Shown: positions 52,701-64,000 of the stretch, piece by piece | How the letters are laid out: each line of letters starts with the position of its first letter | How positions within the stretch are numbered: the stretch's first letter is position 1 | NCBI RefSeq assembly: GCF_000150275.1 | Contig: NW_002060945.1 | Location: 3,867,172 to 3,931,171, forward strand | DNA length: 64,000 nucleotides | Source of the DNA: Trichoplax adhaerens | Lineage: Eukaryota; Animalia; Placozoa | Direction: 5' to 3' | Program-made: the position numbers and the translations under genes | Notes under the pieces: generated by a model | What the model was told of the DNA's origin: nothing | What the model saw: the letters and a program-made list of their open reading frames with translations, nothing else | Databases searched by the model: none

Positions 52701-54702
52701 TTATCTCTAGCATACTGTAAATTCATGATGGTCAAATCAAGAATTGTTTACTGTACTGTAATCTTACAGCAAAGTAGCTTGGGAATATAGCTGGTACTTC
52801 GAATGACAATAAATCTTTATCCATAGGTATTAATTCCAAGTCTAATACTTCAATTGTAACATCTATAACGTAGCAATCAGTGTGATAGTTTGACTCCTAA
52901 TGACGTTGGTTAATAGGTAGATGGGTACAATCCAAATAGATTTGAAGATAATTTACCTCCATAAATTCCTTCCTGTTCTAGGTAAACTTCACAAGCATAG
53001 AACTATGGCAAACATAAAGTTATGATTAATTTCATACAGTTAAACGATGCATTTAATTATTTTCTCTACTGATAAATGAATATTGCATCAGGTTTTGTGT
53101 AAACACATGATTGATAGTACACAATAAACTTTGCCTAAAAAAAGCCTGCGGTGATTCAGATATTAAGGTATGCGATTGAATCAATCCCCGCTGGATCGGC
53201 ACAGCATTTAGCTGTACGGTTAGCTAGCTATTCAAAGTTTTAATTTGATACCTTGCATGGAGTAAAAATGATTTTATATGATTTCCTAGTGCCATTTCTC
53301 TTGTCGCAGCTGATTCTTTCTTAATATTTCAGAATAAATATCGTCAAGGCACCGGTTGTTATCGGCTAAAGATATGTTGAGGAGAATCTTGAATTATGAG
53401 TAGCAATATACCTGAGATCATCTTGAGGTTTGTAATGTTTGGACGAGTAACGTATATAAGGCTGTAAATTAAGAGGAAATCGTTAATATGATATTATTTA
53501 TTTATAAGTCATTAACAGTATGTTATATAAAATTTATATTAAAAATCCATCAGTAAAATCATACTAGATGCAAGTGTCATTGCAATATTTGACTGCGTAG
53601 CAATTATTACTAATTCCTGAGCATAAATTGACAATCTAGATGGCAGCGATTAATGCGGTATGTTAATCCTATACACTACTATTACCCACGATTTATTTTC
53701 TTATTATATCGTAGTAGATACAATAACTGCTAGTGCTTAGCAAATTTTTAAATTGGACTCTTTTAACTACAGTATCATAATGATAAACAAATAAATGTAA
53801 ATAAACTTACTTTTCCGTGACGATATTAATCATGGATGGTTCTAGCCGGTAGACTTTGTTAACACCATGGCGCTGATACGTCAATGCGTAATATCAAAAA
53901 CAATTTTGTAAGATAATCTAGTAACTTTAAAGCGGGATGATCATGACAAGTATTTTTAATGGTGAAACAACTATTCATAAGCGTACGTGACTATCTATAC
54001 TTCCGATAGATATTACAGTATAACAAAATTTTATGCACTTGTATAGGTTGTGGGTGAGCAGTGATGTAAAAAGCACAAATGGATATACTAAGAGGGAAAT
54101 ACGCACATGAAAGTACAGCGTGGTAACATCAGCAGAATAGCATCTAATCGATATTAAGTAGTATAATAACAAAACTAGTGTAAACTAGCTTGCAAGTTTA
54201 GAAGCTATCGAGTTTGTGTCGATATTGTAATGTATTAAGCCAGGCTAAGCTATCCTTACCTTTAACGTTTGGAAATTCGCTACGAAATCAAATAAGCGGA
54301 TAATTCTACTATCTATGATGACATCTTTATCTCCGGATTCCTAATCACTCATGCAAATTAGATCTATTTAACTTCAAATTTAATTAAAGTACTGTTGTAC
54401 CCTGTCAACAACCAGATTATCATAAAAATAGAATTGAAATCATTCCAATGTAATCTGCTTATATCCTTGCAATTGATTCGATGCCTACAATGTATCCTCT
54501 TTTAATACTATGCTTAAGATATCAATGTACTGTAATATCAGTAATAAAATGATATGAAATGCTCATTAAATTCGTAAAATATCCAACACTTGACAAAAGA
54601 CCCAACTTGAGACTGATTCACTAAGATTAATACCGTTTCGAGCAAGGAGATGAGACGAGCTTCCGCTAGCTTTTTCAAGACGGATAAATCTGGTAAAGTC
54701 AT
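49781..54702 (-). CDS. VPS33B: Vacuolar protein sorting 33B (Sec1/Munc18 family), about 20 exons
   Basis: [148 protein letters not shown]. The KFYACE..EGIYG and GGCT motifs favour 33B over 33A. Confidence 0.9.
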
Positions 54703-54919
54703 TGCAGTACCGTCTATTTTGTCAGGACGTTCTCAGTAATGTAAAGAATGATGTTGTAAATGCTGTCAATGTTTTCTCAGTTGTATGGGGAGAAGAATAG
54801 CAAACTTTGCTGAATTTAGTTGTGATCTGAAATAAAATTGACTTCCATCTAAAGCATAATAAGAGTTTCAGCAGGAGCCGTTATTGAAAGGCTGCAGGTT
54901 GTGCAGGACTTCTGATAGG

Positions 54920-55170
54920 TACTGGTACTGTACGCTGAACACTGAGTGTACAGTACATTGAAAACTTTATCTTCATCTAACAGCTCGTCTGGTGTCTCGT
55001 CCGTCAGTGTCTGGCAGAGATTACAGTACAGTACTGTACACTTCTAGAGCGAAGTACTGTACACTGTATCGTAAACAGATTAGTACAGTACTGTACTGTA
55101 TACTGTGTACAGTACAGTACTGTACTGTACTGTACGCAATTAAAACATGCTTACAGTATAAGTACTGTAC
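54920..55170. promoter_or_regulatory. CAGTA/TACTG array in the putative VPS33B promoter
   Basis: tagtacagtactgtactgtatactgtgtacagtacagtactgtactgtactgtac, beginning about 220 bp upstream of the minus-strand ATG at 54702. Confidence 0.5.
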
Positions 55171-56457
55171 CGCATTACACACCTTCTACTGCAATAAAAG
55201 TGTCATAATCAACTGTCTTAGTCAAAGGGTAATTTGTTCGAGGTATTTTCGAAAAGGCTTTTGCAAGAATAGCAGAGCAATAATTAATTGATTACTACAA
55301 GAATTTAGTCTAAAGTATTCCGAGCTCAAAGCGAAGCAAAGTCTCTTCTCTCCGCTTGAGCTCATCTCTGCAGTTCTTAAATACATTTGGCTAAATCTAC
55401 ATTTAGGACAACTTCAATTAATGTACAATCACACTTGAGTCATCAAACAGAACATTTTTATCTCAAAGAGAACATCATCTTCTACAATCGAAATCATTCT
55501 ACTGAAGATATCACTACTGTACTCTTCTACTAATGTCCAGCACCTTTCGGTGTTAGTACTACATTAAAGCTGAAAGTGAGTAAATACTGGTTGAGTAAAG
55601 TGTCTATTTTTTTCCATTGCAAACGCAAGGTATATCAGAAGCTGTAAACATTTTCTACACTAGTTCACCAGTACAGTACGAAGTGGATAATACTGCTTTG
55701 CAACAACTCGATGAGCTGAAGCATTAATTTACTCCACTGTGCTGCGCGCAGACTGGACAGTGTACATGCCGCATAGGTCCTCAGTAATGCAATGAATGTG
55801 GAATCCACAATTGTGGATAGCTTCAGCAGTTTACACATAAATCAGTGTTAAATACGGAGATAAATAGGGGACGCTAATGAAGATATTAAAAGGGTAATGC
55901 ATTTCTTGACCGATTTATTCATATAATAATAAAATAATACATGTTAATGTTACAGAAATATCAAAACAAACTAATGCTTATTTCTTTGTTTCTCAAAATA
56001 CAAAAATCCTCTACTAAAATGTTGAATTTCAGCTTTACACATTAATGAATGGTTGCTTTATGTTGGGATGTTAACCTTTAATGTTTTGTCCGCTATGCTT
56101 GGTAATGAATTAACTATGAGAAAATACATCTATGCTCAATTACTATTTTAGAATTATGTATGACATTTGTTTTATCAGTAAAAGCATAGTAAAAGTAACT
56201 CTTCAGAAATACATAAGAAAATTAAGTATACGTATGCTCTCAAACTACGATTGTAAATCAATTGATAGTAAATTGATTAGTATATAATGACGTGGAAAGA
56301 TCCTACTCTTTCTTGAAGGATAGATAGGTATAGAATAGCTTAAAATTTACATTTACTTTGAAAACTAGCTTTAAGATCGTTTGAACTTGTTTGGCATCAT
56401 GAAGGTAATAGAAAAAACGGATATTGCATTATTATTATTATTGCCAAGAAAAAGTTA

Positions 56458-59400
56458 TTATTCAAGAAGTTGGCTATCAGCTCGATCTTTTTTTCTACGA
56501 CGGCGGCCAAAACAGCACACAAGAATTATGATAATGAGAACGACTGCTCCGACCGATCCTATCGATGCACTTACAATAGCAGTTAAGGCTACTTTACTTG
56601 TTTTCTTGGCACATATATCACCTATAAATCCTTCAACACAAATGCATTGACGAGCGCTCAATTCTTGTATGCATGTACCTCCGTTAAGGCAATAATCATT
56701 GGTGCATGCAAAGTAGCATCCTTTATAAGGATCGCCGTGATAACCTACTGGACAGTAACAACTATAGGATCCTTTAGTATTAGTGCATGTTGCATTACCA
56801 CCGCAGGGTACTTTAGTGATACATTCGTTAATATCGATACAATTTGAACCTGTGTAGCCTGCTAGACATTTACACGAGTATGAGCCATGCAAATTAACAC
56901 ATGTCTGATTTGAGGCGCACAAGTTATCATCACGACTTGCACATTCATTGTAATCTCGAATATTTACTTCTTCAATCTCTTTTCTATCAATTGTTGTATT
57001 ACTACCGGAGATCGATTTGGTTAACTGGCCTAAGTCAATATTTTTTCCATTATGATCGAATACGACTGAAAATTCGACAACAATTCGAGTATTGGTATTT
57101 CCTGAGGTAAAGCTTGTAATTGTAACACGCTTAAAGCTCATTTTTGTCATGCTAAGTGAGTTAAATTTGTCTTCTAGTGCTTTTATAACTAATGCCGATA
57201 ACGTTAGATGCTCGTTACTATTAAGAATCGCAAGTCCTGGTTTAAATTGATCAATAATCTTGAATGTTCCCAGAAAGACTTGACCAGGTTGACAATGTGA
57301 ATCAGATTTGTATTGATCTACTGCCAACTGATCATTGCTGCTATAGTAACCTAACCTGCAAATACAGTAGTAACCAGTGTCAGTGGATGCGCACGTTGCT
57401 TTTTTGCCACAGCTGCGATTTTGACTGCAGTATGTGCTTTTTGTGCATTTATTTCCATTTCCATAATAACCCGATCGACAACGACAGGTATATGATCCAC
57501 GTGTATTTTGGCAATCTGCATTAGTATCGCATTTGTTTTGATTATTTAAGCATTCGTTAATGTCTGTGCAGGAAGTTGTTCCATCACCAGAAAATCCAGT
57601 TTGACATTTGCATTGATAAGATCCATTGTTATTGATACATGCCCCGTCGATTGCGCAATGAAATAGATTGGAGTTGCATTCATCAATATCGAAGCAATTA
57701 AAACCGCTGCCAGTGTAGCCTGTTTTACACTTGCAAGTATACGATCCATCATTATTAGTACATGTAGCTTGTGCTGAACAACTATGCTTATTCAATGAAC
57801 ATTCGTCAATATCTTGGCATGTCAGACCATCACCTTTATATCCTGCTTTACATTGACAACCATATGATCCTTTAGTATTATAGCAATTAGCGTGAGCTGA
57901 GCAATTGTGTTTATGTTGAGTGGATGTACTCGTACATTCGTTAACGTCATTGCATGTTATGCCGTATCCTTGATAACCGGTTTTACAGATACATTGATAA
58001 GATCCATCTATGTTAATGCAGTTTGCATTTATATTGCACAAGTTATCTGCTGTACATTCGTTAATATCTCGACATGTTCGACCATCTTGGCTTAATTTAA
58101 AACCAGATCTACATGAACACGATTGCAATCCGTTTATCATGGTGCAAGTATGTGTACAGTTATTGACACTAGCGCACTGACTAAGCGGGGTGCATGTAAG
58201 ACCGTCATCGCTCAATTTAAAACCTTGGCCACATTGACAACGATAGGAACCTTGCGTATTAACACATTTTTGATCGCATTGATTAGCTTGTGGCCGCAAG
58301 CATTCATTTATATCAACACAAGTGTGGTAATGACTGCTGATTTCATAGCCTGGATAACACGAGCATTTATAACTGCCTGGAGTATTCTGGCATATTTGAT
58401 TACATTGGCCGTTATTTATTTTACATTCGTTGATTTCAGTACAATTTCTTCCGTCACCTAGGTAGCCAGACTTACAAATGCAATCATATGAACCTGGTTG
58501 ATTAATACAGATAGCATCATCACTGCAATTATGAGATCCTATAGCACATTCATCAATATCCAGACATCCTCTATTGTCGCTCTCTAACATGTATCCAGAT
58601 TGACATTCACAAGTATAAGTTCCTTCTTCATTTATACATGTTTGATTACATTGATGTGTACCATATTCACATTCATCGTAGTCATGACACTTTAAACCAT
58701 CGCCAGTATATCCTGAAGGGCAATCACCACATTGATAGCCAGATAATGGGACAATATTATCTATACAAGTAACATTGTCAAAGCAAGGTTGATCAGAGCA
58801 AGCATCATAATCTTGTGTACAATTATCCCCAGTCCATGCTGAATCACATACACACTCGACGACGTCGATGTTATTAATACGTGCCGTCTCTACTGTATAA
58901 TCGCAAGTTCCGTTATTTGGGCAGTAGCATAGGATAATTTGTGGTGTAAATTCACTTCTTGCACCTTTTGAGTCTGTAGCTACGAACTTGAATGAAATAT
59001 TTTGGTAATTCGAAACATTCCATGTGAATGTATAAGCAACTGTATCGAAGTAAGAGTTGTCAGGAGCATCGATAATTTGAACTGTAAGTATATCATCTTG
59101 ATTCTTATCAGTTACGTTAAATCGAGTATGAAATATTTGCCCATACGTAACATTAAACGTTGTCAATCCAGAAATATCAGGTGGAAAGTTCTCTAATAGT
59201 TGGCTTGTTTCTTTATAGATTTCCGATGTATCTTTACTCCTAACAGCAGCTTCAAGATTCATAGTTAGGCCAGCATCAAATAGACAGTCACTATTATTTT
59301 TGCACCGCATAACCGATAGATCATAGAAATCCATCTTATCCGTAAATAACTCTGTGATATTATCAACTAACACAGGTATAAAGCTTAAGTTTCTATAATT

Positions 59401-62400
59401 TTTAGCAGTTTTCCCACTTGGATAAGTAAATAAAGAGTCACTAGCGTTAATCATCCACAACTGGCCAAAGTCATAGAATATCTGCGAACTATTCGATTTA
59501 ATATCCAGGAAAGACCCATCTGGTCGTTTAAAATCATCAATAGTATTGTCATTCCATGTGCCTAATAGCCCTGAAGTCTTACCTTTAATTTCATCCGGTG
59601 CATTGAAGGCAATCGTCAGCATTTGTGTCAACAATGTTACCTCTAGAGATATTCCAGACGAAAAGATGGCTGCAACAGATATCGTCGATGTCTTTGCTAA
59701 ATCAACATTATTAAATTCACGCGTCTCATTATTTGACATACTATGCATGCTGAAGGATCTAGTTCTATTAACTAAAATATTGATTCCATTAAGCGTTGAA
59801 TTAAGAGTAAATTGCACAGTATCAGCACCAGCTGAAATAGTAGCGAATCCAGATAATACCGTAGCAGGTGCTGAGACGTTACCGTTGTTTAAAGCTTGCA
59901 TAGTGCGTCCTTGCAGGATAAAAGAGCGATCATCAGTTTGCAATAAAACGTATTCTCCAAGCCCATTAAAGGTATATTGATTACCATCTAATGTTCTAAT
60001 ATGTGGATCTCCCCAGAACCAGGCTCTTCTCGGTGGTCGATATCCTGAACAACGATTAATTGGCCTCTTAATGGCGTAGAGATTACACATACTTGATTGG
60101 ACGCAGCAGTCTCTGTACGCAATTTTGTTAGCATTTTGCAATACATGATCTCGGAAAATGAATGAACTTCCGTATGGATAAGTAGTTAATAGTGAACCTA
60201 AAGAATTTTGTCGTGTTGAATAACAACATTGTTGATAGATACGTTCGCCGTTACTTGCTCTTGTTGGAAAAGTTGATCTTGCGCAAAATGTATCAAAATT
60301 AAATCGGAATCGCCTATCACGAATAGCCTGCATGCTAGAGCAAGGGCAATGTCGATTCCTTAACGCTCTAAGATAAATTATTGGATCTGCTTCATTAGCG
60401 TACCAATTTTGACATCGATCAGCATAGTTAATTCGGTCGCTTGCTGGATCATCTACGCGAAACATCCATCGTCCTTTCTTACCATAGTTACCCACGATAC
60501 TGTCAATTTTTAACAGTTCTTTCGTGTTGGAATTTGGTAGTTCATAAGCATATTTTGTAACTGATGCCACTTGGCTAGCGAAACCAGCTCGTGGGCGAAT
60601 ATGACCAAAACGTTGCCACCAGTTCATGCCTTTATCATCGTAAATAAAGGAAGCGAATAAATTGACACCATTAGAAATCAAAACTAATTGAAACGTATTA
60701 GTGACGTCATATTTAGCAGTAGTTTTAGAAGGGAAAGGGATAACTTTGTGCCAAGTAATGATTGTAACTAATGATGCATGGAAATTAGAGACGGTGCGAT
60801 TAAATAGCCCATAGAGATTAGATGTATTTGGATTGTTATTAACGTAGTTTTGAAAAGCACTGACATCATTGGTTGCATTTCGTAATATGGCTGTGGTCAA
60901 ACTAGAAGGACTAAGAGATGAATATTGATTAATATATATTCTAGCAGTACTAGATTGACGAGCATCAGCATCTGCATAGAATGGCGCTATAAGAGGTGGA
61001 TATTTCTCCGAGGTGAATGGTCGATTTGGCCTGCCGCTGTACCTCTTAACAAAGGAGATAAATCCGTTCATGGAGACCTAATGGTGTAATTTCATCATAA
61101 TAGCCTTTAAATTCAGCTAAAGTCAACTATTTGATAGTTTCTACTCGAAAATTTTACAAATAACTGAAGAAACACTTACGTAAACTTTCCTGTAAAATGC
61201 ATTGGTAAATTGAATCGGTGATCGCAAGTAAATACGATATTGTCGGTCATCTACTCTACCAACAGAAATATCGCCATACTGCGGTCCATAGGGATAAAGT
61301 CTTAACTCTAGATACGGATCAAATTTTTACGGTAATCTATTAATAGTTCTACTAGAAAATTATCCTTCTTTGCAGCAACAACTGCTTGTTATCGATCAAA
61401 CTGACAATGGTTTAAAGTTAAGATAGAAAAATAAAGAATTGCTTAAATTGAAACGATTACTGACAAATATTCATAACTACCTTTACATGAGAGTCCATTT
61501 CCGATGTATCCTGGCTTGCAAGTGCATGAATAGGAAACATTATTACTGTTGATATGGCATACAGCATTTCTGTCGCATCGATAGCATGGTAGTTTCGTTT
61601 CATCAGGTTTGTCATCTGAACCTGCATATTTGATTCATTGATTACATTTGTTAGTATAGTATAAGGTATCAGAACTACTGTAATGGGTACGTTAGCTTAG
61701 TTTACTTGCACTTCATATAAACAAATTTTTATTTGTAACCGCTGATAGTGGTACACATTTCAGATGGTCTTACTTGCTCATGACTCATCTTGGCATCATC
61801 ATACTATACTTTTATGAATATTGAAACTGAACTTCTTAAATGTAATAGAATATCAAATCGCTATTCATTTTAGATAAAATATACTCGTATATTGTAGAGA
61901 GATAGCAAAGTTAAACACTTTTATATATCATTAGCATTTATGAAGGCATCATGATGTAAATTAAGTGTGCTGATCAAACTTTAGTGAGTTAATCATAGAT
62001 AGCATGATTAAATAGATTAGATTACAGAATTGATCATTTTAGTTTTAGAAGCAATATGAAAAGATGCAACTATAGCACATGTTGTAATGCATTAATTTTG
62101 TTTTAACGAATGTTCCTTATCGCACCTTCTCTAGTTTCACACTGATGTCCTTTCCATCCAGAATTGCATTCACAAGTATATCCAGAATTGAGTCTACTGA
62201 TGCATAAGCCATTGATACAAGGGATAGATGAGCAGCTATCAACTAGGTGTTGCAAAAGAATCGGTTTGTGAATATATCGAGAGCCAATCATATATTATTT
62301 TGTTTTGAAAAATAAAATGAAATTATATAGAATTAATTTGCCGATTTAGAATTCAATGCACTCACCAGCGCATTGAACTCCAGCATAATTGTTAGAATAG

Positions 62401-62935
62401 CTGTCGCAATTTCCGATACTTCCCCAGTTTAAATTGGAACAGCGAGAAAGTGAGCATTCATTGCCTCGACATCCAATATTTTTTAACCAAAGTGGAGTAA
62501 TCTCTGTTGTGGTAAAGTTAGAACAACAATATATTTTGACGGCTAAATCGAATCCTAATTGACGACAAACGACCCTTGCGCTTTGAAAATTCCAGTCATA
62601 GCCGCAAATTCCTCCCCATCTACCATTGTAGTATACTTGTACGTTTCCATTAGTCGAATTGCGTCCATCAACTAATCGAACATCTCCATTATTCACTAGG
62701 CCTACAATGTTAAAGCAGATATCTGTAACTTTTTGTATGTTGTGGCAAATCGAATCGTTAGTAACTATATAAGTTTTATCTATCCCAGATTATGATGGTT
62801 TTTGATATGAAAGAAAATCTACCTAATGAGCAGTGTGATCCAAAATAGCCCTGAGAACATCTACAAGAATAAGCTCCTATACCATTAATACATGTAGCAT
62901 TATTTGGGCATGGATTTGAATCACATTCTTGACCA
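56458..62935 (-). CDS. MUC4/SUSD2-related type I membrane protein: EGF-SRCR-EGF-EGF-NIDO-AMOP-VWD-about 15 EGF/cbEGF-SEA-like-EGF-TM; 5' exons uncertain
   Basis: Small exons at about 62935-62823 (EGF), 62698-62366 (SRCR: [22 protein letters not shown]), 62245-62125 and 61621-61480 (EGF), and 61305-61180 (LYPYGP, NIDO start). One giant terminal exon 61077-56458 has [40 protein letters not shown], many DINEC repeats, a TM helix and an RRRRKK stop-transfer. Confidence 0.9.
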
Positions 62936-64000
62936 GCTAAAATTGAAATAAAAAACAATATTTTATGCTGTATTGCAGGGATTTTAATCAAATTTTAACT
63001 TAAATTATCCTCACCCGCCATGGTATAAAGAGTGCTGAATATTAGTAACGAAAATTTTTTTAAACTTAACCGATATGACCTTAATCAGATAGACTAGTGC
63101 CTGCTATATCTGAAGATTTTAACAGACGAAAATTTACTCACTATTTCAGATTAATAAGTAAGAACAGCCAATCATTTACTTCTGTTATTAATACGCTAAT
63201 AAAATTATTTTAAATAGGATGGATGAACTTTTAGCGATATGCTTCCCTTCACGATAGGTAAATCTGCTTAGATTAGTGGGTGTAAGTTTTTTATTATTGA
63301 AGTCTTTTATCGTAGAATGGAATGTATAAAACTAATGATCTAAGTTACAATAAAATTTAGATGAAATATGATTTACGATGAATTTAGGCCTTTACAATAT
63401 TAATAAGTTTTAGTTTACTAGTTATCACTATCAAAGATTTTATAAGAAGAGTAGTTCCTTTAGATATGTATCATAATAAATACTAGAAGTAATAATGTAC
63501 ATACCGAGCGTCTGCCTTAACAGCTGGAAATATATGACGATCTATGACGAAGGTAGAAATATAGTTTAAAAAGTGATGATGAATCTATTTAATTATCTTT
63601 TAATACGTCATGCTCAGTAAAATAACATGACGTTAATTGGTGATAAATTTATTTATTAGTTACTCACGCTAATGCTAGCTATGATTTTATTTCGTTTAAT
63701 AATCTATTTTAGATTAGTACCGACCTACACCTCTTTATAAAACGTTTACGTTTAAAATTTGATCTTCCGATAGTTTGCAATTTTAAGGCAATTATCTTGG
63801 ACTTTACACGGGGATGATAAAATAGATGAAAATTGGCTGCAGTCTTAACAATTATTCTAAAATGTGCTTCACGTAACGAATTTTGGGGTTTAAATAGATA
63901 AATTATAGTTTTCTTTATGATACTGTTTTTTTGTGCACGGTATTCTTCACAAATTTAGAATTAAAAGGATGATACTCTGATACCGTAATGCTTTCTTACA

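Noticed and set aside
56381-59980. Plus-strand ORFs overlapping the large exon
   Set aside because: Antisense shadow frames of the 1537-aa ORF with no independent signal.
63015-63522. Candidate signal-peptide exon (SYRLSLKKFSLLIFSTLYTMA) and a 19-nt micro-exon for the mucin-like gene
   Set aside because: The phases are compatible, but no start codon could be secured within the window, so they were left out of the gene coordinates.

Overview
AT-rich, intron-dense eukaryotic DNA. Short GT-AG introns, low repeat content and the gene set suggest a basal metazoan, most likely a placozoan (Trichoplax-like); this is an inference. Spliced genes assembled by eye: a short FAM184-like coiled-coil gene (-), UBA6 (+), an LRRC28-like gene (-), a small SH2-domain gene (-), ELP1/IKBKAP (+), a TLX/NR2E-type nuclear receptor (-), VPS33B (-), and a large EGF-SRCR-NIDO-AMOP-VWD-EGF-SEA-TM mucin-like receptor (-, 5' end uncertain). 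The window also holds orphan decayed EGF exons, a MITE with a 6-bp target-site duplication, and weakly rotatin-like fragments at the left end. Three observations stand out. (1) A mixed-orientation (CAGTA/TACTG)n pentamer array lies just upstream of all four conserved, presumed housekeeping genes but not upstream of the transcription factor or FAM184, accompanied by small CATGGA..TCCATG / TAGAC..GTCTA hairpins. (2) The tailless-type receptor appears to lack the middle of its DNA-binding domain. (3) A single 4.6-kb exon encodes most of the mucin-like receptor. Exon boundaries and family assignments come from manual reading and recalled homology, not from database searches.
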